A stretch of 59,508 nt of DNA from an uncultured Phycisphaerales bacterium (GTDB lineage Bacteria > Planctomycetota > Phycisphaerae > Phycisphaerales > SM1A02): NCBI GenBank assembly GCA_938084645.1, contig CALKEP010000013.1, positions 1-59,508 of the forward strand. Direction: 5' to 3'. The notes beneath the pieces are model-generated. The model saw nothing but the letters and a program-made list of their open reading frames with translations. It was not told where the DNA came from and made no database searches. Position 1 is the stretch's first letter. Every line of letters begins with the position of its first letter. The translations under genes and the position numbers were made by a program. Positions 9,130 to 18,382 of the stretch are shown piece after piece.

Positions 9130-11241
9130 TCAAGGACGAACGACGAATCCCCGGTTTCCGAACCGGGCGACGGGGGGGCGGCTGGCCGCGATCGCCTCGA
9201 TCAGCTCGGGGGTGAGCAGCGGGTCCGACCAGCCCGCGTCACGCCATCGATCGAGCATCGCTCGATCGATGTAGACATGGGTGTATCCCGCCGAGGCGAG
9301 TGCCTCGAGGGCGGCTTCGGCCCGTGATGCCTCCGCGAGGTCCGGATCGATCCCGGCGAGCATCCGCTCCAGCGGGCCTCGGGTCCAGACCGTCTGGTAC
9401 GAGAGGCGGTCGTCGCCGCCGGACTCGTCGCGAAACCCGAAGTGGAACGGATCGGCCCGACCGACGAGGAGCACCCGTGCGTCACCGTCGAGTCCATGGT
9501 TGAGGACCCAGGCGGGGCTCGCCGTGTCGATCAGTTCGCGTCGCCGGGCGGGATCGACGGTCTTCATCAGGCTCGACTCGAGTCCGCCATCGAAGAGCCC
9601 GGGGTTCTCGATCGCCGCGGTCGGGTTGCCGAAGCGTTCGGTACCCAGCACGATCGCCGGAACCAGCGACACCGCCCATGCCGTCGTGATGATGCCGATT
9701 CGGACCGCGCCACGGGATTCGCCCAGTGATCGGCTCGCGAGCGCGGCGATCGCCGCGGCGAGGAGCGGGGCGATGGGCAGGAGAAAACGGGCTTTCGCAT
9801 GGGAGAGGAGGGCCCAGACAAGCACCATGCCCACCGCCGCCACGAGCATCGCGGCGGCTCGTCGCCCCGAGATCCCGCGGCGCGAGAGCGCGATCATCGA
9901 CACGAATCCGCCGATCGGAAGCCAGACCCATTGCGGCCGCCATGGATCGACGCCGGACGGTCGCCACCAGTCTTCGAAGAGGAATTCCGTTCCGATCGCG
10001 CGAAGGCCTTCGCCGATCGACGTCTGGTGTCCGACGTTGAAACGATCGATCTGGGCCGACGTCCAGTCGCCTCGTCCAAGCAGATCGGTGACGAAGGGGA
10101 ACACGGGATTGCCCGTCCAGCTCCAGTTCCGCAGAAGCCAGGGGAGGCAGATCGCGACGCCGAGGATCGCGGTCCAGAGCACGACCGCCGGCCACCGACG
10201 TGGCGGAACGACGATGGCCGCGGCGAGGGCGACGGGTGGTAGCAGCAGCAGGCCGGACGAGGCTTTCGCGAGCACCGCGCCACCGAGCAGCAGGCCGAGC
10301 GTGATTCCGAGCCTCGAACCCGATGCCGAGCCGCGGTCGGTGAGGATCGCGGTGAAGGCGGCGCCGCCGAGCATGAGCACCGCGGGTTCGTCGTAGGCGA
10401 GCGAGCCGACGACGACGACCCACGGCGTCGCGAGCAAGGCGACGAAGGCGAGTCGCCGGGCGTCCGGGGCGGCGGGGTCGTCATCCCCGAGCAGGGTCGT
10501 CGCCAGTTCCCCGGTGGCGAACGCGGCCCCGAGGACGAGGAGCATGGCGAGCATCTGGCATGATCGAGCGGCGACGCCGGGATCCCCCACGAGCGTGTTG
10601 AGATGGAGGAAGGCGGCCTCGACGCCGTTGGGCAGGTACCCGTAGGCATTGTGAGGCGTCTCGATGATCGCGCCCGCGAGCCACCATTCCCGGGGGAGTT
10701 GGAGGTGGTAGGAGAGTGCGTCGTACCCGCCGAACTCGGTCTCCCACAACCAGCCCGGAATGCTCGCCGCAGCGAGCATCATGGTTCCGATCGGAATCGC
10801 GGCGGCGAGCCCGAGGCCCGGGACGCCGGGTCGCCACCCTCGAAACGACCAGAGGCCGAGTCCGGCGAGCCCGATCGAGATCCCGAGCATGAGCGGACGA
10901 TTCGTCCCGATCCCGGACCAACCCAGCATCAGGTCGACCGCGAGCAGGGCCGCGACGCCGATCGACCAGTCCCGGATCCGCCGTCCGCTCGAATCATCCG
11001 AACCGGGCCCGACCAGTCCGCCGATGGTGTGGCCGAGCCCCGCGGCCGCCAGCATCCAGAGCGCCGCCGGCCAGCCTGTTTCGACCACCACGGCCACGCC
11101 GACCAGACCGATGAGGCCTCGATCGTCTCCGATACCCAACAGGAGCATCGTGAGGATCACGATCGCGAGGCCGGCCAGCACCCCGAGCGGGCCCCGGCGG
11201 TCGTCCGTCGAGTCGAGGGTGGGGGATGACGGTGCGGGCAC
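9130..11241 (-). CDS. Polytopic membrane protein, GT-C/ArnT-like glycosyltransferase candidate
   Basis: Many TM segments; YDALSYHL and PWLLRNWSWTGNPVFP motifs as seen in GT-C-like membrane proteins. Start GTG 11241 chosen from TACCCT-N6. Confidence 0.6.
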   Translation of the reverse strand: MPAPSSPTLDSTDDRRGPLGVLAGLAIVILTMLLLGIGDDRGLIGLVGVAVVVETGWPAALWMLAAAGLGHTIGGLVGPGSDDSSGRRIRDWSIGVAALLAVDLMLGWSGIGTNRPLMLGISIGLAGLGLWSFRGWRPGVPGLGLAAAIPIGTMMLAAASIPGWLWETEFGGYDALSYHLQLPREWWLAGAIIETPHNAYGYLPNGVEAAFLHLNTLVGDPGVAARSCQMLAMLLVLGAAFATGELATTLLGDDDPAAPDARRLAFVALLATPWVVVVGSLAYDEPAVLMLGGAAFTAILTDRGSASGSRLGITLGLLLGGAVLAKASSGLLLLPPVALAAAIVVPPRRWPAVVLWTAILGVAICLPWLLRNWSWTGNPVFPFVTDLLGRGDWTSAQIDRFNVGHQTSIGEGLRAIGTEFLFEDWWRPSGVDPWRPQWVWLPIGGFVSMIALSRRGISGRRAAAMLVAAVGMVLVWALLSHAKARFLLPIAPLLAAAIAALASRSLGESRGAVRIGIITTAWAVSLVPAIVLGTERFGNPTAAIENPGLFDGGLESSLMKTVDPARRRELIDTASPAWVLNHGLDGDARVLLVGRADPFHFGFRDESGGDDRLSYQTVWTRGPLERMLAGIDPDLAEASRAEAALEALASAGYTHVYIDRAMLDRWRDAGWSDPLLTPELIEAIAASRPPVARFGNRGFVVRP

Positions 11242-11326
11242 GGACGAAGGGTAGGGGATGGCCGGCAGGTCGTCGATGCGGCCGGACCGGGTGGTCCGAT
11301 CGCCCGCCGTCGGCATTCAGGGCGAA

Positions 11327-11343
11327 TTGGCACGGGATGTGCC
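11327..11343 (+). promoter_or_regulatory. Sigma-54 (-24/-12) promoter of the flagellar operon
   Basis: TTGGCACGGGATGTGC: GG at 11329-30 and GC at 11341-42 with exactly 10 nt between; about 30 nt before the flgI start. Confidence 0.7.
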
Positions 11344-11373
11344 TCTGTTCAGCGTCTCTCACGGAGGATCCGC

Positions 11374-12561
11374 ATGAAGACGCACCATTTGCGCATTCGC
11401 AGTCTTATTCCGCTGTTCGTTGGCGCGTTGTCTGCGCTGGCGAGCATCGAGCTGGTGGAACCAGCCGCGGCTCAGACCCAGCTTCAGACCCTTCTGACCG
11501 CCGATTTCGAGCGTGAGGAAGCGCTCTCGGGGATCGGTCTGGTCACCGGCCTTCTCGGAACCGGTGACTCGAAGGGGAATCTCGCCGCCGCGAGCCTCTA
11601 CGCCCAGCGACTCGCCGATGCCGGATTCGGTGACGAACCGCTCGAAGCGATCAGTCGCGGCGAAGGGGTCGCCCTGGTCCTGGTCACCGCCAAGCTTCCT
11701 CAAGTGTGGAGCGAGGGCATGGAATTCGACTGCGAGGTCGGCATCGCCGGGGGCGGCGCGACGTCGCTGGTCGGCGGACGACTCTGGACCACGCCGCTCA
11801 AGCGGGCGATGTCCGGCATCTTCCGAGATGCCAACGGAAACGCACTCGACTTCGACGTGGTGGCGTTCGCCGGGGGTCAGGTCGAGGTCCGTGATCCGGA
11901 CGGCAATCCGGCCGCGGGTCGGATCCGCCTCGGTGCCCGGAGCCTCGGCATGCCCGAAGGGCTTCGCGAGTACTACGCCGCCCGCCGTGACTTCACCTTG
12001 AGCGTCACCAAGCAGGCCTTCCGGACGGTGGTGATCACCAAGCAGATCGTCGACCTGATCAACGACAAGATGTCCGAGCAGGGATTTCGATCCGGCCGCG
12101 GCTACTCGGAGGTCGCTGCGATGCTCGGCGACGGCATGATCCGGGTGCGGATCCCCGACGACTCCGACTACGACCCGCTCACCCTCGGGGCGGAGATCCT
12201 CGCGTTCTACTTCGACTTCGGCCAGATCGAGACGCCGGCGGAGATCCGGTACTCGAAGATCAAACAGAGTCTCACCGTGTCGGGCAACACCGAACTGCTC
12301 GACACGCTGATCACGGTGAACGGCCTGACGATCCAGACCATTGCGCCCGAGCCCGAACCGACCATCCGCAATCCCAAGGTCGTCACCGAGCGATTCATCG
12401 CGCTCACCGGCACCGATGTTCCGCGGCGATCCCTCGTCGCATTCAAGTCGCAGCTCGATCGCCTCGGCATGCCGCTCGCGGACCAGGCCGCGGTCCTGCA
12501 GCAGATGTGCGCGATGGGTCGCATCAACGGTCGGTTCATCGACGAGGACCTGAACGGATGA
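11374..12561 (+). CDS. flgI: Flagellar basal body P-ring protein FlgI (divergent)
   Basis: Signal peptide; LSGIGLVTGLLGTGD, ALVLVTAKLP and ATSLVGGRLWTTPL match the FlgI pattern; flagellar context. Confidence 0.8.
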   Translation: MKTHHLRIRSLIPLFVGALSALASIELVEPAAAQTQLQTLLTADFEREEALSGIGLVTGLLGTGDSKGNLAAASLYAQRLADAGFGDEPLEAISRGEGVALVLVTAKLPQVWSEGMEFDCEVGIAGGGATSLVGGRLWTTPLKRAMSGIFRDANGNALDFDVVAFAGGQVEVRDPDGNPAAGRIRLGARSLGMPEGLREYYAARRDFTLSVTKQAFRTVVITKQIVDLINDKMSEQGFRSGRGYSEVAAMLGDGMIRVRIPDDSDYDPLTLGAEILAFYFDFGQIETPAEIRYSKIKQSLTVSGNTELLDTLITVNGLTIQTIAPEPEPTIRNPKVVTERFIALTGTDVPRRSLVAFKSQLDRLGMPLADQAAVLQQMCAMGRINGRFIDEDLNG

Positions 12562-13037
12562 GCATCGTCGAAACCAGCATGACCGTCCCGCCCGTGGTGG
12601 GTGAGCAGTGGACCGGACCCCTTCCCGCGAAGCTCGGAGCGTCGTCCACCGACGGGATCGGCCGCGGCGAGGAGCCGATCGACCAGGCGGCCTTCCTCCG
12701 GGGCATGGTCCGTGAACTCGGTGGTGATCCGGATTCGGCGGAAGCCTCCACTCGAGAGGGGATCGTCTCGGTGGCGGCCCGACGGCTGGTCGCGGACGCC
12801 TTCGTGGAACCGATGCTTCGCGAGGCTCGGGAGGCGGCGCAGCCCACCGGCATCTTCGCGCCCGGCGCCGGCGAGAAGCGCTTCTCCCACCTCGTCGATC
12901 GCGCCATGGCCGATCGAATCGTCGATGGGCACCGATTCGGTCTCGTCGACGCCCTCGAACGAAGTCTGCAGCGTCAGGTGACGGGACTCGTCGAGCCCGC
13001 CTCGACCGGTGGTCTCGAATCGGAGATCTTCGCATGA
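12558..13037 (+). CDS. flgJ: Rod-binding FlgJ-like protein (no muramidase domain)
   Basis: Follows flgI with an ATGA overlap; AFVEPMLREAR...GEKRFSHLVDRAMADRI resembles the rod-binding domain. Confidence 0.6.
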   Translation: MSIVETSMTVPPVVGEQWTGPLPAKLGASSTDGIGRGEEPIDQAAFLRGMVRELGGDPDSAEASTREGIVSVAARRLVADAFVEPMLREAREAAQPTGIFAPGAGEKRFSHLVDRAMADRIVDGHRFGLVDALERSLQRQVTGLVEPASTGGLESEIFA

Positions 13038-13579
13038 GCACCGAACCGAACACACTCGGAACCGAACCGAGGATCGACACCGTCCCGAGCCTGGTCCGCG
13101 GACTGGAGGCGACGCTTTCGACCCAGATCGAAGGCTATCGCCGGTTCCTCGAGACGATCGGGCGAAAGCGGGACGCGATCAAGAACGCCCAACTCGACCG
13201 CGTGCCGGAGATCGCCGCGATCGAGGAGCAGATCGTGGATCGACTGGAACGACTCGACCGCCGTCGGACCACCGAGGCCCGCCGACTCGCGGAAGCGGTC
13301 GGGATCGATCCCGACGCGACCATTTCCGAGGTCGTCGCGGCGATCGAGGAGACGGACGGCTCGAAGCTCGCGGTGCTCGCCACCCAGCTTCGGGAACTCG
13401 TCGAACGGGCGAAGCGGGAGCACTCCGTGGTTCGAGCCGCCGCGGATTCGCTGGCTCGTCACATGGCGGGCATCGTGCAGAGCGTCACGGGGGCGCTCTC
13501 CGGCACCGGAGTCTACGGACGGCAGGGGAGGCTGCGCGACGGATCGTCGCTCGCGACCGGCCTCGACCTGACCACCTGA
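13034..13579 (+). CDS. flgN: Flagellar export chaperone FlgN
   Basis: Helical protein directly before flgK; C-terminal YGRQG motif. Confidence 0.7.
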   Translation: MSTEPNTLGTEPRIDTVPSLVRGLEATLSTQIEGYRRFLETIGRKRDAIKNAQLDRVPEIAAIEEQIVDRLERLDRRRTTEARRLAEAVGIDPDATISEVVAAIEETDGSKLAVLATQLRELVERAKREHSVVRAAADSLARHMAGIVQSVTGALSGTGVYGRQGRLRDGSSLATGLDLTT

Positions 13580-13589
13580 GGAGCCAGCC

Positions 13590-15290
13590 ATGGGATTGAA
13601 CGGAGCACTTCAGATCGGCCGATCGGCCATGCTCTCCAGCCAGGCCGCGATCAGCGTCACCGGCAACAACCTGGCGAATGCCGCGACACCCGGATACCAC
13701 CGGCAGATCGCAGGGCTCACGCCGAACGGTTCGAGCCCCATCGGCCGGAACCAGTTCGTGGGGACGGGCGTCGCCCTCTCCACCATCAATCGCGCGATCG
13801 ACACGGCGTTGCAGTCCCGCCTGCGGGATGCGATCAGTGACGAGAACGCGGCGGCGATCGACCAGCGGTTCCTCTCCTCGGTGGAGGCGATCCAGAACGA
13901 ACTCTCCGACAACGATCTCTCTTCGAAGCTCTCCGCCTTCTTCAATGCCTTCAGCGAGCTCGCGAACAATCCGCTCGACAACGCGGTCCGCTCGGTGGTG
14001 GTCCAGCAGGCGGTCAGCCTCACCGATCACGTGAATCTTCTGCAGGACCAGTACACGATGCTCCGGACCGAGTCCGACCGGGCGCTCGGTGCGTCGGTCG
14101 AGCGGGTCGACGGGCTGCTCGGTGAGATCGCGGTGCTCAACGGCCAGATCGCGATGGCCGAGGGCGGTGGTGGCGGTGGTGGGGCGAACAGTCTTCGTGA
14201 TCGACGCGATCAGTTGATCGACGAGGTCTCGGGCTTCATCGACATCAACACCGTTCCGCAGGAGAACGGTTCGGTCGACATCCTCGTGGGGTCGATCCCG
14301 GTGGTGCTCGCCGGTGAGAGCCGGGGCCTCACCATGCGGACCGAGAGCGGTCCGAACGGCCTCGAAGTCTCCATCCGCGTCGAGGATGACGGCACCATCA
14401 TCGACGCGAAGTCCGGCTCGATCGGAGCGCTGCAGCGTCAGCGGGAGGAGACGATCCTCCCCGCGATGGCGACCCTCGACGAATTCGCCGCGGAACTCGT
14501 CTTCCAGGTGAACAACCTTCACGCCCAGGGCCAGGGACTCGCCAACCGGACCGAAGTGATCGGCGCGGTGGTCGGGATCGATCCGGACGAGAATCTGAAT
14601 GCGAACGGCTCGGGGGTGCCCTGGGAGATTCGCAACGGCGTCTTCGAACTCCACGTCGTGAACGCCACCACCGGACTTCGAGCGACCTATCAGGTCGCGG
14701 TGGATCCGGACGAGATGTCGCTGCAGGATCTGGTCGACCGAATCAACGTGGATCTCGGCGTCTCGGACGCGACCGCATCGATCGGGCCCTCCGGGGAGTT
14801 CCGGGTCACCGCCGCTCCCGGACACGAGATCGCGTTCTCCGACGATTCGTCCGGCGCCCTCGCGGCGCTCGGCGTCAACGGGCTGTTCACCGGCACCAGC
14901 GCGAGCGAGATCACGGTCGACCAGTCGGTGCTCGACGATCCGTCGCTGCTCGCCACGTCGAACGACTTCACGTCGGGCGGCAACGACACTGCGCTCGCGA
15001 TCGTCGAACTCGAGAATCGGTCGATCGAAGCGTTCGGAGGCCGCAGCCTGCGGGAGAAGTGGCAGTCGGAGGTCAACACCCTCGCGGTCGCGACCGGCGC
15101 GGCCCGCACCCGGTACGAATCGAGCATCCTCGTCCGCGAGAGCCTCGAGGCGCAGAACCAGGCGGTGAGCGGCGTGAGCATCGACGAGGAAGCCATCGAC
15201 CTCATGACCCTTCAACGCCAGTTCCAGGCCGCGGCCCGATTCATCACCGTGATCGACGAGGCCATGCAGGTCCTCTTGAGCATCGCCTGA
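13590..15290 (+). CDS. flgK: Flagellar hook-associated protein FlgK
   Basis: GNNLANAATPGYHRQ at the N-terminus; SGVSIDEEAIDLMTLQRQFQAAARFI at the C-terminus. Confidence 0.95.
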   Translation: MGLNGALQIGRSAMLSSQAAISVTGNNLANAATPGYHRQIAGLTPNGSSPIGRNQFVGTGVALSTINRAIDTALQSRLRDAISDENAAAIDQRFLSSVEAIQNELSDNDLSSKLSAFFNAFSELANNPLDNAVRSVVVQQAVSLTDHVNLLQDQYTMLRTESDRALGASVERVDGLLGEIAVLNGQIAMAEGGGGGGGANSLRDRRDQLIDEVSGFIDINTVPQENGSVDILVGSIPVVLAGESRGLTMRTESGPNGLEVSIRVEDDGTIIDAKSGSIGALQRQREETILPAMATLDEFAAELVFQVNNLHAQGQGLANRTEVIGAVVGIDPDENLNANGSGVPWEIRNGVFELHVVNATTGLRATYQVAVDPDEMSLQDLVDRINVDLGVSDATASIGPSGEFRVTAAPGHEIAFSDDSSGALAALGVNGLFTGTSASEITVDQSVLDDPSLLATSNDFTSGGNDTALAIVELENRSIEAFGGRSLREKWQSEVNTLAVATGAARTRYESSILVRESLEAQNQAVSGVSIDEEAIDLMTLQRQFQAAARFITVIDEAMQVLLSIA

Positions 15291-15310
15291 AACGACGGAG
15301 CGATCTTCCC

Positions 15311-17299
15311 ATGAACAGCATTTCATCCGTCATCGGTCGCGTCCCGAATCTGCTCTCCTCGCAGATGATGGTGGGTTCGATCAATCGGAGCAACAGCCAG
15401 CTGCTCCAGTTGCAGATGCAACTCGCCTCGGGTCGCGCCGTGAATCGAGCGAGCGAGGATCCCGTCGCGTCGGGGACGATCAGCGTGCTCGACGATCTCG
15501 TGGAACGACGGGAACAACGGGTCCGGAACCTCTCCGAAGCGGGCTCGCTGCTCGGCACCATCGACGCCGCGCTCTCGGAGATGGGCGATCTCCTGCTCGA
15601 AGCGAAGAGCGTCGGTCTCTCGCAGATCGGCCTCGGAAGCGACACCCAGACGCGGCGGAACCAGGCGCTGGTCATCGACTCGATTCTCGAGGGGATGCAG
15701 TCGCTCGGGAACCGTGAATATCGCGGCATGTATCTCTTCGGCGGCTCCGAAGTGGGCACCCGACCCTTCGACGGTCTGCTGGGAGGGATCCAGTACGCCG
15801 GTTCGGGTGACGGCATGATCACGGATCTCGGACTGGGATCCTCGACGCCGGTGACGCTCGCGGGCGATCGGGCCTTCGGCGCCCTGAGCGCCCGCATCGA
15901 AGGCGATCGTGATCTCGATCCCGGTGTCACCGGCGACACGTTGCTGGCGAACCTGAACGGCGGCCGAGGTCTCGGCATCGCCGCGGGTCCGTTGACCCTG
16001 ACCGTGAACGCGATCCAGGTCGATCTCGACCTCGGGGATGCGATCACCGTCGAGGATGTCCGCGCCTCGCTCCAGGATGCGATCCAGACCGTCGATCCCG
16101 GGGCGATCGTCGACATCGATCCCGCCACCGGCAATCGATTCCGGATCACGCCGAGCGTGGGGATGGACGTCGACATCGCCGACCCGATCGAAGGCACGAC
16201 CGCGGCCGATCTCGGGCTCACCGGCACCTACAACGGTGGTGCATCGACCTCGGGCGCGGATCTCGCACCGCGGTTGACCTGGAACACGCGGATGGACGCC
16301 CTCGACGGCGTGTCCACGCCGCTCGGCAGCCTCCGGATCGAGAACGCCGGCCAGGTCCGGGTGGTCGATCTCTCCGGTGTCACCACGATCGGCGACCTGC
16401 GGGACACCGTGGAGCTGCTCGACATCGGGGTGCGGATCGAACTCGGCGCCACGGGTGACCGCATCGCCGTGAAGAACGAACTCTCGGGGGGTGCCATGTC
16501 GATCTCCGAGGTCGGTGGCGGCGTGACCGCGACGGAACTCGGTATTCGAAACTTCTCGGCCGACACGCTTCTCTCGGACTTCAACGACGGTCGGGGGGTC
16601 GCGATCCGAAGTGGATCCGTCGATCCGATCTCGGGCAACCTCGATCCCGACGCGGACGTCGACTTCACGGTCTCCCTCCACGATGGGCGATCCTTCGACG
16701 TCGATCTCGCGGGTGCCGAGACGGTGCAGGACGTCCTCGATGCGATCAAGGCCGCCGCGGGCGGGATCGGACTCGCCGTGCCTGGCGAATTCGACGCCGG
16801 GCTGGCCACGGACGGAAACGGGATCGAGTTCACCGATCTCACGGTCGGTGGTGATGATCTCTCGATCGAACGGCGGAACAACAGCACCGCCGCGGCCGAT
16901 CTCGGCATCCAGGGGTCGACCGCCGGCGCAACTCTTGCCGGGACCGACCGCGCAACGGTGGCGGTCGACGGCGTGTTCGGGCATCTCAAGGCCCTTCGCG
17001 ACGCCCTGTACGCGGATGACGAGTCTGGCATCGCCTTTGCAGTTCAACGATTGGAAGCGGACATCGCTCGTTCCACCGAGGCGAGAGCCGAAGTGGGCGT
17101 GCGGGCCCGGCGTGTCGAGGACGCGACCGTTCGGGAAGAGGACCTGCAGGTGCAGGACCTCAGCCTGAAGTCGACCCTGCAGGACCTCGACTTCACCGAT
17201 GCGGCCATCCGCTTCTCGCAACTGCAGCAGCAGTTGCAGGCCGGGCTCAGCACCGCCGGCCGGATCACGAGTCTCACGCTGCTGGACTATCTCCGGTAG
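15311..17299 (+). CDS. flgL: Flagellar hook-associated protein FlgL (long form)
   Basis: QLASGRAVNRASEDP, YLFGG and C-terminal DLDFTDAAIRF...LTLLDYL; follows flgK. Start ATG 15311. Confidence 0.85.
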   Translation: MNSISSVIGRVPNLLSSQMMVGSINRSNSQLLQLQMQLASGRAVNRASEDPVASGTISVLDDLVERREQRVRNLSEAGSLLGTIDAALSEMGDLLLEAKSVGLSQIGLGSDTQTRRNQALVIDSILEGMQSLGNREYRGMYLFGGSEVGTRPFDGLLGGIQYAGSGDGMITDLGLGSSTPVTLAGDRAFGALSARIEGDRDLDPGVTGDTLLANLNGGRGLGIAAGPLTLTVNAIQVDLDLGDAITVEDVRASLQDAIQTVDPGAIVDIDPATGNRFRITPSVGMDVDIADPIEGTTAADLGLTGTYNGGASTSGADLAPRLTWNTRMDALDGVSTPLGSLRIENAGQVRVVDLSGVTTIGDLRDTVELLDIGVRIELGATGDRIAVKNELSGGAMSISEVGGGVTATELGIRNFSADTLLSDFNDGRGVAIRSGSVDPISGNLDPDADVDFTVSLHDGRSFDVDLAGAETVQDVLDAIKAAAGGIGLAVPGEFDAGLATDGNGIEFTDLTVGGDDLSIERRNNSTAAADLGIQGSTAGATLAGTDRATVAVDGVFGHLKALRDALYADDESGIAFAVQRLEADIARSTEARAEVGVRARRVEDATVREEDLQVQDLSLKSTLQDLDFTDAAIRFSQLQQQLQAGLSTAGRITSLTLLDYLR

Positions 17300-17365
17300 C
17301 GATCAGGAAAGCGGCGCCGAGCGGCGCCAACATCGGACCCACCTCCACCGACCGGATGGGTTCGA

Positions 17366-17436
17366 GGACAGGAAGTCCACGCCGGACGGATCCGGCGGGC
17401 ACCAAGGATTGGTGGTCGGTCGACCAGGAGCTCGAC
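17366..17436 (+). promoter_or_regulatory. Cluster of four GGA-loop hairpins (putative CsrA-binding sites) in the fliW leader
   Basis: ggac-AGGAA-gtcc, cgccgg-ACGGAT-ccggcg, cacca-AGGAT-tggtg, and gtcga-CCAGGAGC-tcgac (the last contains the SD). Confidence 0.65.
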
Positions 17437-17883
17437 ATGCAACTCGAGACCACTCGCTTCGGAAACGTCGATATCGACGAGGATCGCGTGATCACCTTCC
17501 CCTCCGGCCTGCTCGGATTCTCCAGCTACACGAACTTCGTGCTGCTGCAGCCCGACGAGCAGGGGGTCTTCTTCTGGCTGCAGTCCACGGAGACCCCGGA
17601 CCTTGCCTTCGTGGTGACCGATCCGGCGCTCTGGGTGCCCGACTACAAGGCCAACATCCGCCGCGAGCAGATGGAGGATCTCGGCATGAACGAGATCGGC
17701 GACGCACAGGTCCTGGTGGTCGTCAACAAGCGCGACGATCTGCTCAGCGCGAATCTCCAGGGTCCCCTGGTGGTCAACGTCGAAGGCAAGGCGGGCATGC
17801 AGCTCGTCCTCGCCGACAAGAAGTGGAGCACGCGACACGAGCTGCTCCGGGTCACCGAACCCGCCCAGGCCGCGTCGGCCTGA
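17437..17883 (+). CDS. fliW: Flagellar assembly factor / CsrA antagonist FliW
   Basis: MQLETTRFG, ITFPSGLLGF, WLQS, ANLQGPLVVN; adjacent to csrA. Confidence 0.95.
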   Translation: MQLETTRFGNVDIDEDRVITFPSGLLGFSSYTNFVLLQPDEQGVFFWLQSTETPDLAFVVTDPALWVPDYKANIRREQMEDLGMNEIGDAQVLVVVNKRDDLLSANLQGPLVVNVEGKAGMQLVLADKKWSTRHELLRVTEPAQAASA

Positions 17884-17949
17884 CCGCGACGGTTCGGACG
17901 TGAGCCGCCGGGCGTAGTCCCGGGGGCGGACCCGCGAGTTCGAGACCCG

Positions 17950-17989
17950 GTCCCACGGAGTTGGGACGACACGGGTATCCACGGAAGGA
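17950..17989 (+). promoter_or_regulatory. Two GGA-loop hairpins in the csrA leader (putative autoregulation)
   Basis: gtccca-CGGAGT-tgggac and tcc-ACGGAA-gga, the second overlapping the SD. Confidence 0.6.
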
Positions 17990-17997
17990 GCCGGCAC

Positions 17998-18300
17998 ATG
18001 CTGGTGCTCTCTCGACAGCGTGATGAAACGATCATGATCGGAGACGACGTCGAACTGACGATCGTCGACATCCGGGGGGACAAGGTGCGGATCGGCATCT
18101 CCGCCCCCTCCAGCGTCTCGGTCCACCGCAAGGAGGTCTACGAGGCGATTCGGACGGAGAACGAACAGGCCGCCGCGATCAGCGGCGGGTTGAACGCATT
18201 CCACTCCGGGGCGTTCCCGCGAGTGAATAAGGGCGGGACGGTCCCGCCGTCGGCAGCGCGACTCGTCGCGGGGACCGACATCCGGCGGGTGACCGCCTGA
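17998..18300 (+). CDS. csrA: Carbon storage regulator CsrA with C-terminal extension
   Basis: [17 protein letters not shown]...[15 protein letters not shown], plus the extended tail found in FliW-controlled CsrA. Confidence 0.97.
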   Translation: MLVLSRQRDETIMIGDDVELTIVDIRGDKVRIGISAPSSVSVHRKEVYEAIRTENEQAAAISGGLNAFHSGAFPRVNKGGTVPPSAARLVAGTDIRRVTA

Positions 18301-18382
18301 AGCTCGACCGGTTCGACGGCGGACGAGGATCGATTCCGCACCGTTTCCGGATGGATTCAAGCCGAAATCACGGAGGATCTCC

